Positions 49,180-58,033 of a stretch of DNA of 64,000 bases are shown here, piece after piece. The notes beneath the pieces are model-generated. The model ran no database searches, was not told the origin of the DNA, and was given only the letters and a program-made list of their open reading frames with translations. The position numbers and the translations under genes are program-made. Numbering within the stretch: position 1 is the first letter of the stretch; every line of letters begins with the position of its first letter. Source of the stretch: Polyangiales bacterium (GTDB lineage: Bacteria > Myxococcota_A > Polyangia > Polyangiales > Ga0077539); the NCBI GenBank assembly GCA_044229975.1, contig JBGARZ010000013.1, positions 192,001 to 256,000 of the forward strand. Direction: 5' to 3'.

Positions 49180-49556
49180 TGAAGTACGCCGGACTCCTGC
49201 GGATCAAGGGCCTCCTCGACGGGTACTTGGCCGCACTCGCCGATGAGGGTCGGCAGGCCATGCAGGACGCGCTCGGGGAGTTCCTGGGCGAACACCCCGA
49301 GGTGCTGGCGATCGCCTGGTACCAGGGCGCGGGACTGAGCCACCTCACGTTCGAGTTGCGCGGCGGCGTGCGCTACCTCGCCGCCGAGGATCAGATCGTC
49401 GGCGCCGCAATGGACGACACCTTCGACACGTCGGCCTACGCGGCCTTCGCCGACGTCCTCTGGAACGCGCTCGACGTGCTCGTGGCGAAGTTCGGCTTCG
49501 ACGTGAACCTGCGCGCGACCCGCGAGGACATCACGGCGCTGCCGATCGCCGCGTAG
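49179..49556 (+). CDS. Hypothetical protein
   Basis: TGATG coupling to the upstream gene; GC3-biased 125-aa ORF. Confidence 0.7.
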   Translation: MKYAGLLRIKGLLDGYLAALADEGRQAMQDALGEFLGEHPEVLAIAWYQGAGLSHLTFELRGGVRYLAAEDQIVGAAMDDTFDTSAYAAFADVLWNALDVLVAKFGFDVNLRATREDITALPIAA

Positions 49557-49576
49557 GCGCCCACCTCCCAGCCCGA

Positions 49577-49702
49577 CGTGCGGCGCCCGGTGCCCTCGCT
49601 CTCGGAGCGGGCGCCGGGCGCCGCACGCCCCTCCCGCACCTGCCCTCGGAGCGACGACGAAGCCCCCGCGGTGACCCCCGGTGTGCTTCGTCGTCGCTCC
49701 GA
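49577..49702 (+). other. Two long intergenic hairpins
   Basis: 19-bp stem at 49577-49627 (one G-T pair) and perfect 18-bp stem TCGGAGCGACGACGAAGC at 49646-49702. Confidence 0.8.
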
Positions 49703-49746
49703 CCTTCCCGCTCGCCAGCGCCCCTTCCACCAAAGGAACCCTCACG

Positions 49747-50847
49747 ATGAACCTCGACACCCGACTCGCGCCCGAGCGCGAGCAGTCCGCTCCGGCGCCC
49801 GACGACGGCGCGCCGAGTCGCCTCTCCGTGGCGCCCGTCGACCCCTTCGCAGCGGTCGGCCTCGTCGGCACGTCACGACCCATGCAGCGCGTGCGAGCCG
49901 ACGTTCTGCGGTACGCCCGCTCGTCCGCGCCGGTGCTAGTCACGGGCGAGACCGGGACCGGCAAGGAGCTGGTCGCCCGCGCCCTCCACCTCGCGTCGCC
50001 GCGGGCCCGCGGGCCGCTCGTGACCGTCAACGTCGCGACCCTGCGGACCGAACTCGTCGCCTCGGAACTGTTCGGCCACGAGCGCGGCGCGTTCACCGGC
50101 GCCCTCACCCGGCGCCGGGGCGTCTTCGAGCAGGCCCACGGCGGCACGCTCTTCCTCGACGAGCTGGGCGAGCTCGACGCCCGCACCCAGGCCGACCTGC
50201 TGCGCGCGCTGGAGACCGGCGAGGTGCGTCCGCTGGGCTGCGAGCGCCCGCGCGCCGTCGACGTCCGCATCATCGCCGCCACCCACCGGGACCTCGGCGC
50301 GATGGTCACGGCGGGGTGCTTCCGCGCCGACCTCTACTACCGGCTGAACGTGCTGACCGTGGGGCTGCCCGCCCTGCGGGAGCGCCGCGCGGACCTCCCC
50401 GCGCTGGTCGAGCACCTCCTCGGTCGGCTCCGCCCCGAGGTCGGCGACCGTCGCCTCACCAGCGATGCGCTCGCCCTCCTCGTCCGCCACCCGTTCCCGG
50501 GCAACATCCGCCAGCTCTTCAACGTGCTGCGCCGTGCCCTGGTGCGCGACGAAGGTCTCGTCCTCGACGCCGCGGCCGTGGCCGACGCGTTGGCCGACGA
50601 GCCCGGCACGCCGGTCCCCTACCAGACGCCCGCCCGAGACCTCTCGGTCCCCGCCGTCGCCGAGGCCATGCAGGCGAGCGGCGGCTCCATCTCGGCCGCC
50701 GCGCGGCGCCTCGGCATCGCGCGGTCGACGCTGCGCGAGCGGCTGAACGCGAGCCGCCGCAGCGACGTCACGCAGATCCAAGGCGGCGGGCTTCCGCCCG
50801 TGGCGTGGGTCGCGGGCGCCGCCGCGCGCCCTACGGGGGACCCGTGA
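49747..50847 (+). CDS. Sigma-54-dependent activator (AAA+ and Fis HTH) without an N-terminal sensor domain
   Basis: [66 protein letters not shown]; only about 35 aa precede the AAA+ domain; RBS AAAGGA. Confidence 0.9.
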   Translation: MNLDTRLAPEREQSAPAPDDGAPSRLSVAPVDPFAAVGLVGTSRPMQRVRADVLRYARSSAPVLVTGETGTGKELVARALHLASPRARGPLVTVNVATLRTELVASELFGHERGAFTGALTRRRGVFEQAHGGTLFLDELGELDARTQADLLRALETGEVRPLGCERPRAVDVRIIAATHRDLGAMVTAGCFRADLYYRLNVLTVGLPALRERRADLPALVEHLLGRLRPEVGDRRLTSDALALLVRHPFPGNIRQLFNVLRRALVRDEGLVLDAAAVADALADEPGTPVPYQTPARDLSVPAVAEAMQASGGSISAAARRLGIARSTLRERLNASRRSDVTQIQGGGLPPVAWVAGAAARPTGDP

Positions 50848-51191
50848 GCACCGCGCCCCCGCGGGCGTGGTCGCTCGGCCACAAGCTCGGCACGATCGAG
50901 CAGGCCGTCGAGGGCTCCGCCTCGGTGCTCGCGCGCATCCAGGACGCGCAGGGCGACCTGCACGCCATGCAAGCGTGGGCGTCGCAGGCGGAGGGCATGC
51001 TCGCGCTCGCGCACCGCCGTCTCCACGATCTCGGCCGGGTGTTGCGCGGCGAGCTCGCCCCAGCGCTTCTCGCGGCACCCCACAACGTCGTCGCCCCCGG
51101 CGCCGAGCCCCTGAACTCCGGCGAGGACGTCCTGTTCCCCGCACGGCTCGACGTCCGCGCGAGCCGCTCCGCGCGACCGCCCCATCGCTGA
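50844..51191 (+). CDS. Hypothetical helical protein translationally coupled to the sigma-54 activator
   Basis: GTGA overlap; heptad-like [46 protein letters not shown]. Confidence 0.6.
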   Translation: MSTAPPRAWSLGHKLGTIEQAVEGSASVLARIQDAQGDLHAMQAWASQAEGMLALAHRRLHDLGRVLRGELAPALLAAPHNVVAPGAEPLNSGEDVLFPARLDVRASRSARPPHR

Positions 51192-51302
51192 CCAACCGCC
51201 TCGCTCGCTGCCCCGCCGCCGACCCGACTTCGGGGCGATGCCGGGTGCGCGGGCGCTCTCTCTTCCCCCAACGCTCACCCCAACCATCGTCACGAGGAAC
51301 CC

Positions 51303-52421
51303 ATGAACGCAGCACTCGCCATCGTCACCACCCTGACCACGTCTCTCTGCGCGTCGCTCGACCGCCGCGCCCTCGCCCTCGCCCTCACGCGCCTCAAGCA
51401 CGTCGTCGACCGCCGCGCCTCGCTGCCCGCGCTGGAGGCGGTGCTCCTCGCGGGCACCGGCGACGCCCTCCACCTCACCGCCACGGACGGCAGCGTCTTC
51501 GTGCGGGTCGTTGTGCCCGCGACGGTGACCTCGTCCTGGGCGTCGCTCCTGGTGCCCCTGCACCGCATCCTGGCGGTCGCCAAGGGGCCCGCCGGCCTGC
51601 TCCAGCTCGCCGGGGACCAGATCACCGCCAGGGGCGCCACGCACCGCCTCTCGGCCCTCCCCACGACGACCTTCCCGGCGGTGCCGCCGCCGGGCGGAGC
51701 GGTGCTCTTCACCCTCATGCGTCCGACGCTGGCGCGGGTGCTCCGGCAGGCCAGCTACGCGATGAGCTGCGACGACACCCGGCCGCACCTGGCGTCGATG
51801 CTCATCGAGCGTCGCCGCGGGGAGCTGCTGTTCGTGGCGACCGACGGCCACCGGCTCGCGCGGGTGAGCGTGCCCGACGACGGCGCCGAGTTCGCGGTGC
51901 TCGTCGGGCGCCGCACGGTCGAGTCCGTCGAGCGCATGCTGGCGGTGGACGGCGGGCTCGTCCGCCTCCGGCGCGAGAGCGACCGCGTGTGGTTCACCTC
52001 GGGCGACGAATGGGTCTCCGGGCCCGTCGTCGACGCGGTGTTCCCCAGCTACGAGCAGGTCATCCCGGCGCGCGCGGGAGGGAACCTCACGATGACCACG
52101 ACGGAACTCGCCGCCGCGATCCGCGCGGTGGCAGCGAAGGGGACGCCGACCGTGCGGCTGCGGCTCGACGGCGCCGCGTCGTCGGTCACGCTCTCCGTCG
52201 ACGACGGCGAGGGCAACGCCGCCGAGGCGGCCGTCGCCGCGACCTTCGAGGGCGCCGTACCCGAGGCCATCGGCATCAACGGGCAGTACCTGCGGGAGAT
52301 GGTCACGGCCCTCGCGGACGAGGGCGCGACGGTCACGATGCAGGTGACCGGCGAGCTCGACCCCGTGCGGGTGGACGGCACGCACGGCACGACGGCTGTG
52401 GCGATGCCGCTACGGGTGTAG
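51303..52421 (+). CDS. dnaN: DNA polymerase III beta sliding clamp homologue (element-encoded, divergent)
   Basis: RASLPALEAVLL, LTATD, DDTRPHL, VATDGHRLA, FPSYEQVIP, INGQYL, C-terminal AMPLRV; 372 aa. Confidence 0.88.
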   Translation: MNAALAIVTTLTTSLCASLDRRALALALTRLKHVVDRRASLPALEAVLLAGTGDALHLTATDGSVFVRVVVPATVTSSWASLLVPLHRILAVAKGPAGLLQLAGDQITARGATHRLSALPTTTFPAVPPPGGAVLFTLMRPTLARVLRQASYAMSCDDTRPHLASMLIERRRGELLFVATDGHRLARVSVPDDGAEFAVLVGRRTVESVERMLAVDGGLVRLRRESDRVWFTSGDEWVSGPVVDAVFPSYEQVIPARAGGNLTMTTTELAAAIRAVAAKGTPTVRLRLDGAASSVTLSVDDGEGNAAEAAVAATFEGAVPEAIGINGQYLREMVTALADEGATVTMQVTGELDPVRVDGTHGTTAVAMPLRV

Positions 52422-52436
52422 ATCTGGGCGAAAGTG

Positions 52437-52484
52437 GCGGGTGTGCGCTGGCGCGACCGAGACGTTGCGCCGGTGCACATCCGC
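52437..52484 (+). terminator. 21-bp stem hairpin after the clamp gene (terminator or 3' stabiliser)
   Basis: GCGGGTGTGCGCTGGCGCGAC pairs fully with GTTGCGCCGGTGCACATCCGC using 4 G-U pairs; lies between convergent genes. Confidence 0.55.
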
Positions 52485-52538
52485 GGCCGCCTTCTTTCGG
52501 TTCCCCTCCAGGCGGCAGAGATGGGGCGCGTCGGACAG

Positions 52539-52895
52539 TCAGGTCCGAGCGACCGAAAGAAGCACGCGCACGAGCTTCTCCGCCGCGTCCTGGACCTCGT
52601 CAGGCTGTGACGCCAACTGCGCGACGATGCGCTGCACCGGCGGCTTGAACCGCGCCGGCGGCAGGGCCTCGGTCCGAACCAGATCGCCCACCTCGACGCC
52701 GAGCGCCGCGGCCAGATTGGCCAGCGTGGCGATCGTCGGCACGCGCGTACCGTTCTCGATGCGGTTCACGGCGTCCAGGCTCACGCCCGCGCTCTCGCAG
52801 AGTTGCTCCTGGGTGAGCCCCCGGGACGCGCGGAGCTCGCGCAGTCGGGCGCGCACGACCTCCTCGATCGTCTGACGGCGGACTCGACGCGGCAT
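52539..52895 (-). CDS. XRE-family HTH transcriptional regulator
   Basis: RLRELRASRGLTQEQL...VSLDAVNRIENGTRVPTIATLANLAAALGV. Confidence 0.9.
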   Translation of the reverse strand: MPRRVRRQTIEEVVRARLRELRASRGLTQEQLCESAGVSLDAVNRIENGTRVPTIATLANLAAALGVEVGDLVRTEALPPARFKPPVQRIVAQLASQPDEVQDAAEKLVRVLLSVART

Positions 52896-52911
52896 GCAGT
52901 GGGCATGGCGT

Positions 52912-52963
52912 GGAGCACAGCCTCGCGACAGTGACAGGAGCACATGAACGAGTTATGTGCTCC
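52912..52963. promoter_or_regulatory. Candidate XRE operator
   Basis: GGAGCACAT-N9-ATGTGCTCC (52937-52963) plus an extra half-site GGAGCACA (52912-52919), between divergent genes. Confidence 0.6.
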
Positions 52964-53022
52964 GGCACAGAACCGACGGGTCGTGCCGCTGTCGGCCGTC
53001 GTCGGGGCGTAGGGGACCAGGG

Positions 53023-55467
53023 ATGATGGGACAGATCACAGGCAGGGCATGGGCACCGATCGGCAGACCGTTCGCGGCTGCGGGCCTCCTCGCGATGTCC
53101 GTCGCGGGCGGCGCGAGCGCGCAAACCTCACAAGCGTTCGCTAACCTCGCGTCCCGCGCGACCGACGCGCCCGGAGAGCCCGCGCGCTTGACGGCCCCGT
53201 TCTTCCAGACGTGCGAGGATCTCGGAGACGACGCGCGCCTCGCCGCGTGCCAGCGGTCGCTCGACGCACTGCGGGCGCAGCGTCGTGCCGCGACGTATCG
53301 GATGCGCCTGCGGGGCCGTGCCGCTGTGGGGACGAACTACCTGGTGCGCGTGGGCGCGTACAACCCGATCGACCACCGCGTGCCGATCGAAGTCGGCCCG
53401 CTGGTCTTCGGCGCGTTGTTCCACACCCCGGGCCACTCCAGCGGCGCGCTGAGCACCGTTCCGAGCGTGCGCGGGGCCTTTCCCAGCACCCCAGTTCTCC
53501 AGGGCGGCTATCGCGTTCAGGACGACCAGGCAGGGCTCGACTTCACGAACCGTCACCACCTCGGCGCCGGCTTCGGGGTCGACGTCGTCTTTCGGTTGGC
53601 GACGCCGTGGGAAGATCATGTGGGGGCCGGAGCATCGGCCGAGGTGCGCGAGGGCGTCACGCTGGACGTCTTGGCGATTCGCGTCGTCGAGTTGAACGAC
53701 GGCTTGGAGGTGCGCGGGACACTCGATCGCCTCTACGACGCCACCTTCGACGCGGCCGCTGGCGAGCCGGTCATCATGGAGCGCGTGGGCTCGGGGCGCG
53801 ACGCCCAGCCTTCGACCGCGCCTGCGGTCGAGTCGAGAGGTGATGCGGCCGCGCCAACGGAGGTCGGCACGCCCCCGGCGGGAGAGCCCTCCTGGCGCGC
53901 GCCGCTGTCGAGCGCCGCGCTCCAGCACCTCGGCGGCTCCCGAGAGGCAGTCCTGGCCCAGCTCGCCCGCGAGGGCGGCTCCTGCCGTGAGATCGCGGGT
54001 GGGTTCCGAGGGCAGCCCGCGTCGGTCTGCCGGGGCCTCGGCGCGACGACCGGCCTGGAGCGCGAGTCGCCGGAGGTGACGCTCGTCTTCGACGGCGACC
54101 ACCTGCGCAGCCTCATGGTGCTCCTCGGTCGGGACGCCGCTCAGTCCGAGGCGGTCGACGCGTATCGGCGGGACGCTGCCTTCTGGTCGGCGCGGTTCGG
54201 CCAGCAGCCGCCCCCAGGGCCCCACGACCGGCCCGAGATCATTCGCTACGAGGTGGGCGGCGCGACCATCCGAATCGTCCTCACCGCCGCGCAGGGGAGC
54301 GGCGGCGGATTCCTGCGCATGCTCCTGGTCGAAGAGAGGGACTTCGCCCTGCGACAGGACGCGATCTCGCGCGGCTACGTGCCCAACGTGACCTGCGGGC
54401 TCCGGGGCACGCTCGACGAACGCGCGCTCGACTGCGCCCGCCCCGTCGCACAGGGAGGAGCCGGGCCGGCGGCGGTGCGATCCTTCGAGGTCACGGAGTC
54501 AGGCCAGCCGCGACGATTCCTGAGGTACCGATTGATCCGCCAGGAACCCGACGGGACGCGCGTCTGGCTGACAGGGCACAGCGGCGCGTTGGCGGCGGTG
54601 ATGCGCCCGGCGCGGCGCGAGGAGGCGCTCCGTCACTGCGCCCAGATGCCGCAATGGGCAGAGCTGGGCGCCGTGCCTCCCGGTACGATGCACGCGTTGC
54701 AGCAAGGGCAGGACTCCGCCCGCGAGCTCGCCGAGCTCTTCCCCGACGTCGTCTCCCCCATGCGGTCGGAGTGGTTCTGGGCGGGCACCCAGTGGGGGCG
54801 GGAGGTGTCGATCCAACTCGGCGACGGCTACGGCACCGGGCGGCGAACGCCGTTCATCCGGGCCAACCAAGGGGCGCCGTCGAGCGAGCCGCTGAGGTAC
54901 TTCTGCCAGGCATCGACGACCACGGACACACGGGCGCCTGCGGGGCGTGCAATCTTCGCGGAGTCCGAGGTCGACTCCGACGCCCCGTGCGGCCTGTCCG
55001 GCAGCGTCGAGGAGCGACAGAGCGACTGCGCGCAACGGCTCGGCGAGGCCGCCAACTACCCCCTTCACGCACCCGCCGGAACGGCCCCTTGGCGGATCGT
55101 CTCCCAGACCGTGCAGGGCGAGCGTGTATGGCGCGAGCCTGGGTCCAATCGTGTCTGGTTCTACGTGCCGGAATCGGCCCGCCTGAACGACGCTTCCGCC
55201 GTCTGCGCCGTGCCTGCCCGGGCACAAGGCCGCCGCGCCTACCTGCCGCTCCCGGCGCGGCTGCCGACGGGCGCGGAGTTTCGCGACGCGGCGGTGCTCG
55301 GACTCAACCGGGTGCTCCTGACGGACCCTCCACAGTATTGGAGCGCGTCCTCGCGGCCCGGGCGACTCCTCGTGTTGGGTTGGGAGGGCGCCGCGAGGTG
55401 GTATGAACCCCACTCGCCTGGACTCCCTGCGGAGCTGCCATTCTTCTGCGTCGCAGACGCACCTTGA
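53023..55467 (+). CDS. Secreted multidomain protein with two C-terminal DUF1566/Lcl-like (C-type-lectin-fold) repeats
   Basis: Signal-like AAAGLLAMSVAGGASAQ; repeats CGLRGTLDERALDC and CGLSGSVEERQSDC; last repeat has RLPTGAEF..YWSAS..FFCV. Confidence 0.65.
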   Translation: MMGQITGRAWAPIGRPFAAAGLLAMSVAGGASAQTSQAFANLASRATDAPGEPARLTAPFFQTCEDLGDDARLAACQRSLDALRAQRRAATYRMRLRGRAAVGTNYLVRVGAYNPIDHRVPIEVGPLVFGALFHTPGHSSGALSTVPSVRGAFPSTPVLQGGYRVQDDQAGLDFTNRHHLGAGFGVDVVFRLATPWEDHVGAGASAEVREGVTLDVLAIRVVELNDGLEVRGTLDRLYDATFDAAAGEPVIMERVGSGRDAQPSTAPAVESRGDAAAPTEVGTPPAGEPSWRAPLSSAALQHLGGSREAVLAQLAREGGSCREIAGGFRGQPASVCRGLGATTGLERESPEVTLVFDGDHLRSLMVLLGRDAAQSEAVDAYRRDAAFWSARFGQQPPPGPHDRPEIIRYEVGGATIRIVLTAAQGSGGGFLRMLLVEERDFALRQDAISRGYVPNVTCGLRGTLDERALDCARPVAQGGAGPAAVRSFEVTESGQPRRFLRYRLIRQEPDGTRVWLTGHSGALAAVMRPARREEALRHCAQMPQWAELGAVPPGTMHALQQGQDSARELAELFPDVVSPMRSEWFWAGTQWGREVSIQLGDGYGTGRRTPFIRANQGAPSSEPLRYFCQASTTTDTRAPAGRAIFAESEVDSDAPCGLSGSVEERQSDCAQRLGEAANYPLHAPAGTAPWRIVSQTVQGERVWREPGSNRVWFYVPESARLNDASAVCAVPARAQGRRAYLPLPARLPTGAEFRDAAVLGLNRVLLTDPPQYWSASSRPGRLLVLGWEGAARWYEPHSPGLPAELPFFCVADAP

Positions 55468-55715
55468 ACCCTGCCTCACCAGCGCGAACGAGATCCCCGG
55501 TCGGCACCGCACATCGGGCGGTGTCGATCGTCATGCGAGGTCGACGATCAGCGCGGCTTGGTCGACTACACTGGGCCCGGGACGTCCCCTCCCACCCTTT
55601 GGGCCCCCTGCAACTCGTACTGCGCCTGCGACCTGCTTCACCGAGCACGTGATCACCAACTCGCGCCGTGAGTTGCCCGAATTCGTCAGTAGCACCCGCA
55701 TCCGCCATTGGTCGC

Positions 55716-56032
55716 GTGAGCGATGATCTTCTGCGTCGTCGCAATACGGCGTACCGCAGTCTGGGCGCGAGACACCTAGGAAGCCCTCGCCGAGCGCAGC
55801 GAACTGTCGGGTGACGCGATCTGCCGCATCGAACTTGGTGGGTTCTCGCCATCGTTGAACACCGTCGCCTCGCGCGCGGGGTCTCGACGTGTCGCTCGCC
55901 ACGCTCTTCGCCGTCCTCGATCACGCGCAACGCACCGACGCGGCCGAGGTCGCCGACCATCTCAGCACGCGCACGGCCCGCGAGGTGCGCATGGCGTGGC
56001 GAGTCATGCGGGCTCTCTTCGAGGAAGAGTAA
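55716..56032 (+). pseudogene. Degraded XRE-family HTH regulator
   Basis: T*EALAERSELSGDAICRIELGGFSPSLNTV with in-frame TAG at 55777-55779 where Q is expected; then a frameshift to RGLDVSLATLF...VMRALFEEE*. Confidence 0.72.
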
Positions 56033-56152
56033 GTAAGCAGAGTCCGCTCACGCCGCATTCGCCCGAGGGAGAGATCATCCCACAGCGAGCGGGTCGGGCT
56101 CTAGAGTAGGCTAGCGTGCCTTTCTATTGCCTCAACACCACTATCAAATTCG

Positions 56153-57763
56153 CTATCGGTGTCGAAGGAACGACTTATGAACCCTCAGAGTCACCCTCCC
56201 ATCGGGTAGCACGTGAAGTCGTGCGCCGAGCTGACCGAACTTCACCACGCTCCACATCGAATAGAAGCGCTTGAGCACGCCGATTTCCCAGTAGCTCCTC
56301 AACCGCCTCCATTCAACGGATTCAACGTCAGGCGGCATGAGTTGCCATCCAAGAGATATGGCGCGATCGCCGACCCCCGCTTTGACCTCCTGAAGTGGGA
56401 CACTCCAGTTCGGCGGCAACAGTGGTCCCCCGACAATCCTTAGACACGCTGCGATCAAGCGCATTGCGATCGCGGATGCAACCTCTGAGCTTTCAACGAG
56501 AACACTCGTCCACCACTCGCGCGACATTAGACGAAAATACAGGAAGTCCTTCCAAAGAGTCACGGTCATCGACTCCGGGAGCGGCAACTGGATCGACGCG
56601 CTGAACGGCAGAGTGTCCGCGCCCTGTGCCAACCAGGCGCTGACACCTTCCTCGGTCGACTCGCGAGCTACTGGTTCTGCCAGTGGGACTGACTCCCATT
56701 CGACGCCATATTCGCGAGGGTCAATTTCAGCCAAAGGCCCAGGCAGCTCGATGTCGAGGCCTTTTGCTCTAGTCGCGAAACGCAAGTATGCACTCCAGAA
56801 AGCTCTCACCGCATCGCTGCCAGGCTCGGTCCGTCGCGCAAGCCATGCCACGGTAAGCTCGCAAAGGCGCGACAATCTGTCTCTTGCCGAGAAGATATCA
56901 CGTGCTGCCAATGCCTGCGCCCAGCCCCGGTATGCAAGAAACCAAGTCTGGTCGCCGTCGTATCCTCCTCCTAGCGCGAGAAACCCGGGGGCATTGGGCA
57001 TTGTCACAAGCACGATGTGACAGCCAACAGGCACGCAAGTCCAGCAGGCACGGCCTGCGGTGCGGCACTGCCTCGGCGTCCTGTATCGACTATCGCTTCT
57101 GAGGGAATCAATCCGACCGTCGAGGGCAAGGAAGGCAATGGCGACTCCGCCGCTGACAGGGAATGGAACGATCGTACCCTTTGGAAGGACAAGCGAGTGC
57201 TGCTGAGGAGCGAAGCTCTGTCCTACATACGCCAGTTGAGGCAGCGCTCGCGCTCTACAGACAGCAGCGGAGGTACATGGCTGCAACCAAGTCCACTTCG
57301 CCACCTTGTCCCGCAAGTCCAAGAAATCAAACACCTCGGTCGACTTCACCTCGACCGCAGAAATTGCACCCGCAGCACGGACTAGGAAATCGGGCTGCGG
57401 AAACACCGCCCCTTTGACGACCTGTCCTTTGCCGTGCTGCCACGAGACGACTCGCACGATATCCTGGCCTCGGCTGCGACCCACGACGAACGACAAGACC
57501 TCTCCCAACTCCCCCAGTCGGGATCCGCTCATGCCGCGCGCTTTGCTGCGATAGAGACCTTGCACATAACGTTCGGCATCGGCAAGGAGCCCCTCTGCGT
57601 CTAACTCGATCTCGTCAGCAATAATGTCGAGAGCGTGGTCGTCGATAGACACCGTCACCAAACTGCTTGCAGCGGAGAACGTACTCAGCCACGGCGACTG
57701 ATTGGGCGCCTCCACTACACCGAACAATGGCGCTTGCACTTGCTTGATCTGGAATGTGTGCAT
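56153..57763 (-). CDS. Putative PD-(D/E)XK nuclease-domain protein (candidate defence gene)
   Basis: GELGE helix, QPDFLV and AVEVKS; Cys cluster CRTAGRACWTC...CH; visibly lower GC than the flanks. Confidence 0.72.
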   Translation of the reverse strand: MHTFQIKQVQAPLFGVVEAPNQSPWLSTFSAASSLVTVSIDDHALDIIADEIELDAEGLLADAERYVQGLYRSKARGMSGSRLGELGEVLSFVVGRSRGQDIVRVVSWQHGKGQVVKGAVFPQPDFLVRAAGAISAVEVKSTEVFDFLDLRDKVAKWTWLQPCTSAAVCRARALPQLAYVGQSFAPQQHSLVLPKGTIVPFPVSGGVAIAFLALDGRIDSLRSDSRYRTPRQCRTAGRACWTCVPVGCHIVLVTMPNAPGFLALGGGYDGDQTWFLAYRGWAQALAARDIFSARDRLSRLCELTVAWLARRTEPGSDAVRAFWSAYLRFATRAKGLDIELPGPLAEIDPREYGVEWESVPLAEPVARESTEEGVSAWLAQGADTLPFSASIQLPLPESMTVTLWKDFLYFRLMSREWWTSVLVESSEVASAIAMRLIAACLRIVGGPLLPPNWSVPLQEVKAGVGDRAISLGWQLMPPDVESVEWRRLRSYWEIGVLKRFYSMWSVVKFGQLGARLHVLPDGRVTLRVHKSFLRHR

Positions 57764-58033
57764 GCCTGATGCGTCCTACCAACCGCCCTCGCAGCCGGGT
57801 GAAAATCATCACTTAGAGAGCCATTGATTCAGTGGCCTCCAACGCAATCGTCAGCGAAGTCGTGTTCCGCCACATTGTGATACGAGAGGGTCGACGACGA
57901 ATCTGTAGCGAACATCACACGCTCAGTGCCCACGACACCCCGCAAGAGATCGCGTGGCCGGTAGATGGCAATCAGCGCATCATCTTGGCTCGCCGTTGTC
58001 ATCGAGCCCCGGCCCTTCTCGGGTCGTTCCTCA

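Noticed and set aside
53023..55467. Diversity-generating retroelement
   Set aside because: No reverse transcriptase and no near-identical TR/VR pair differing at adenines within the window.
55531..55902. 123-aa minus-strand ORF
   Set aside because: Overlaps the better-supported XRE pseudogene on the opposite strand.
57829..58002. 57-aa ORF MTTASQDD... between the Zn-finger and nuclease genes
   Set aside because: Short, atypical codon usage and no recognisable motif; possibly a gene fragment.
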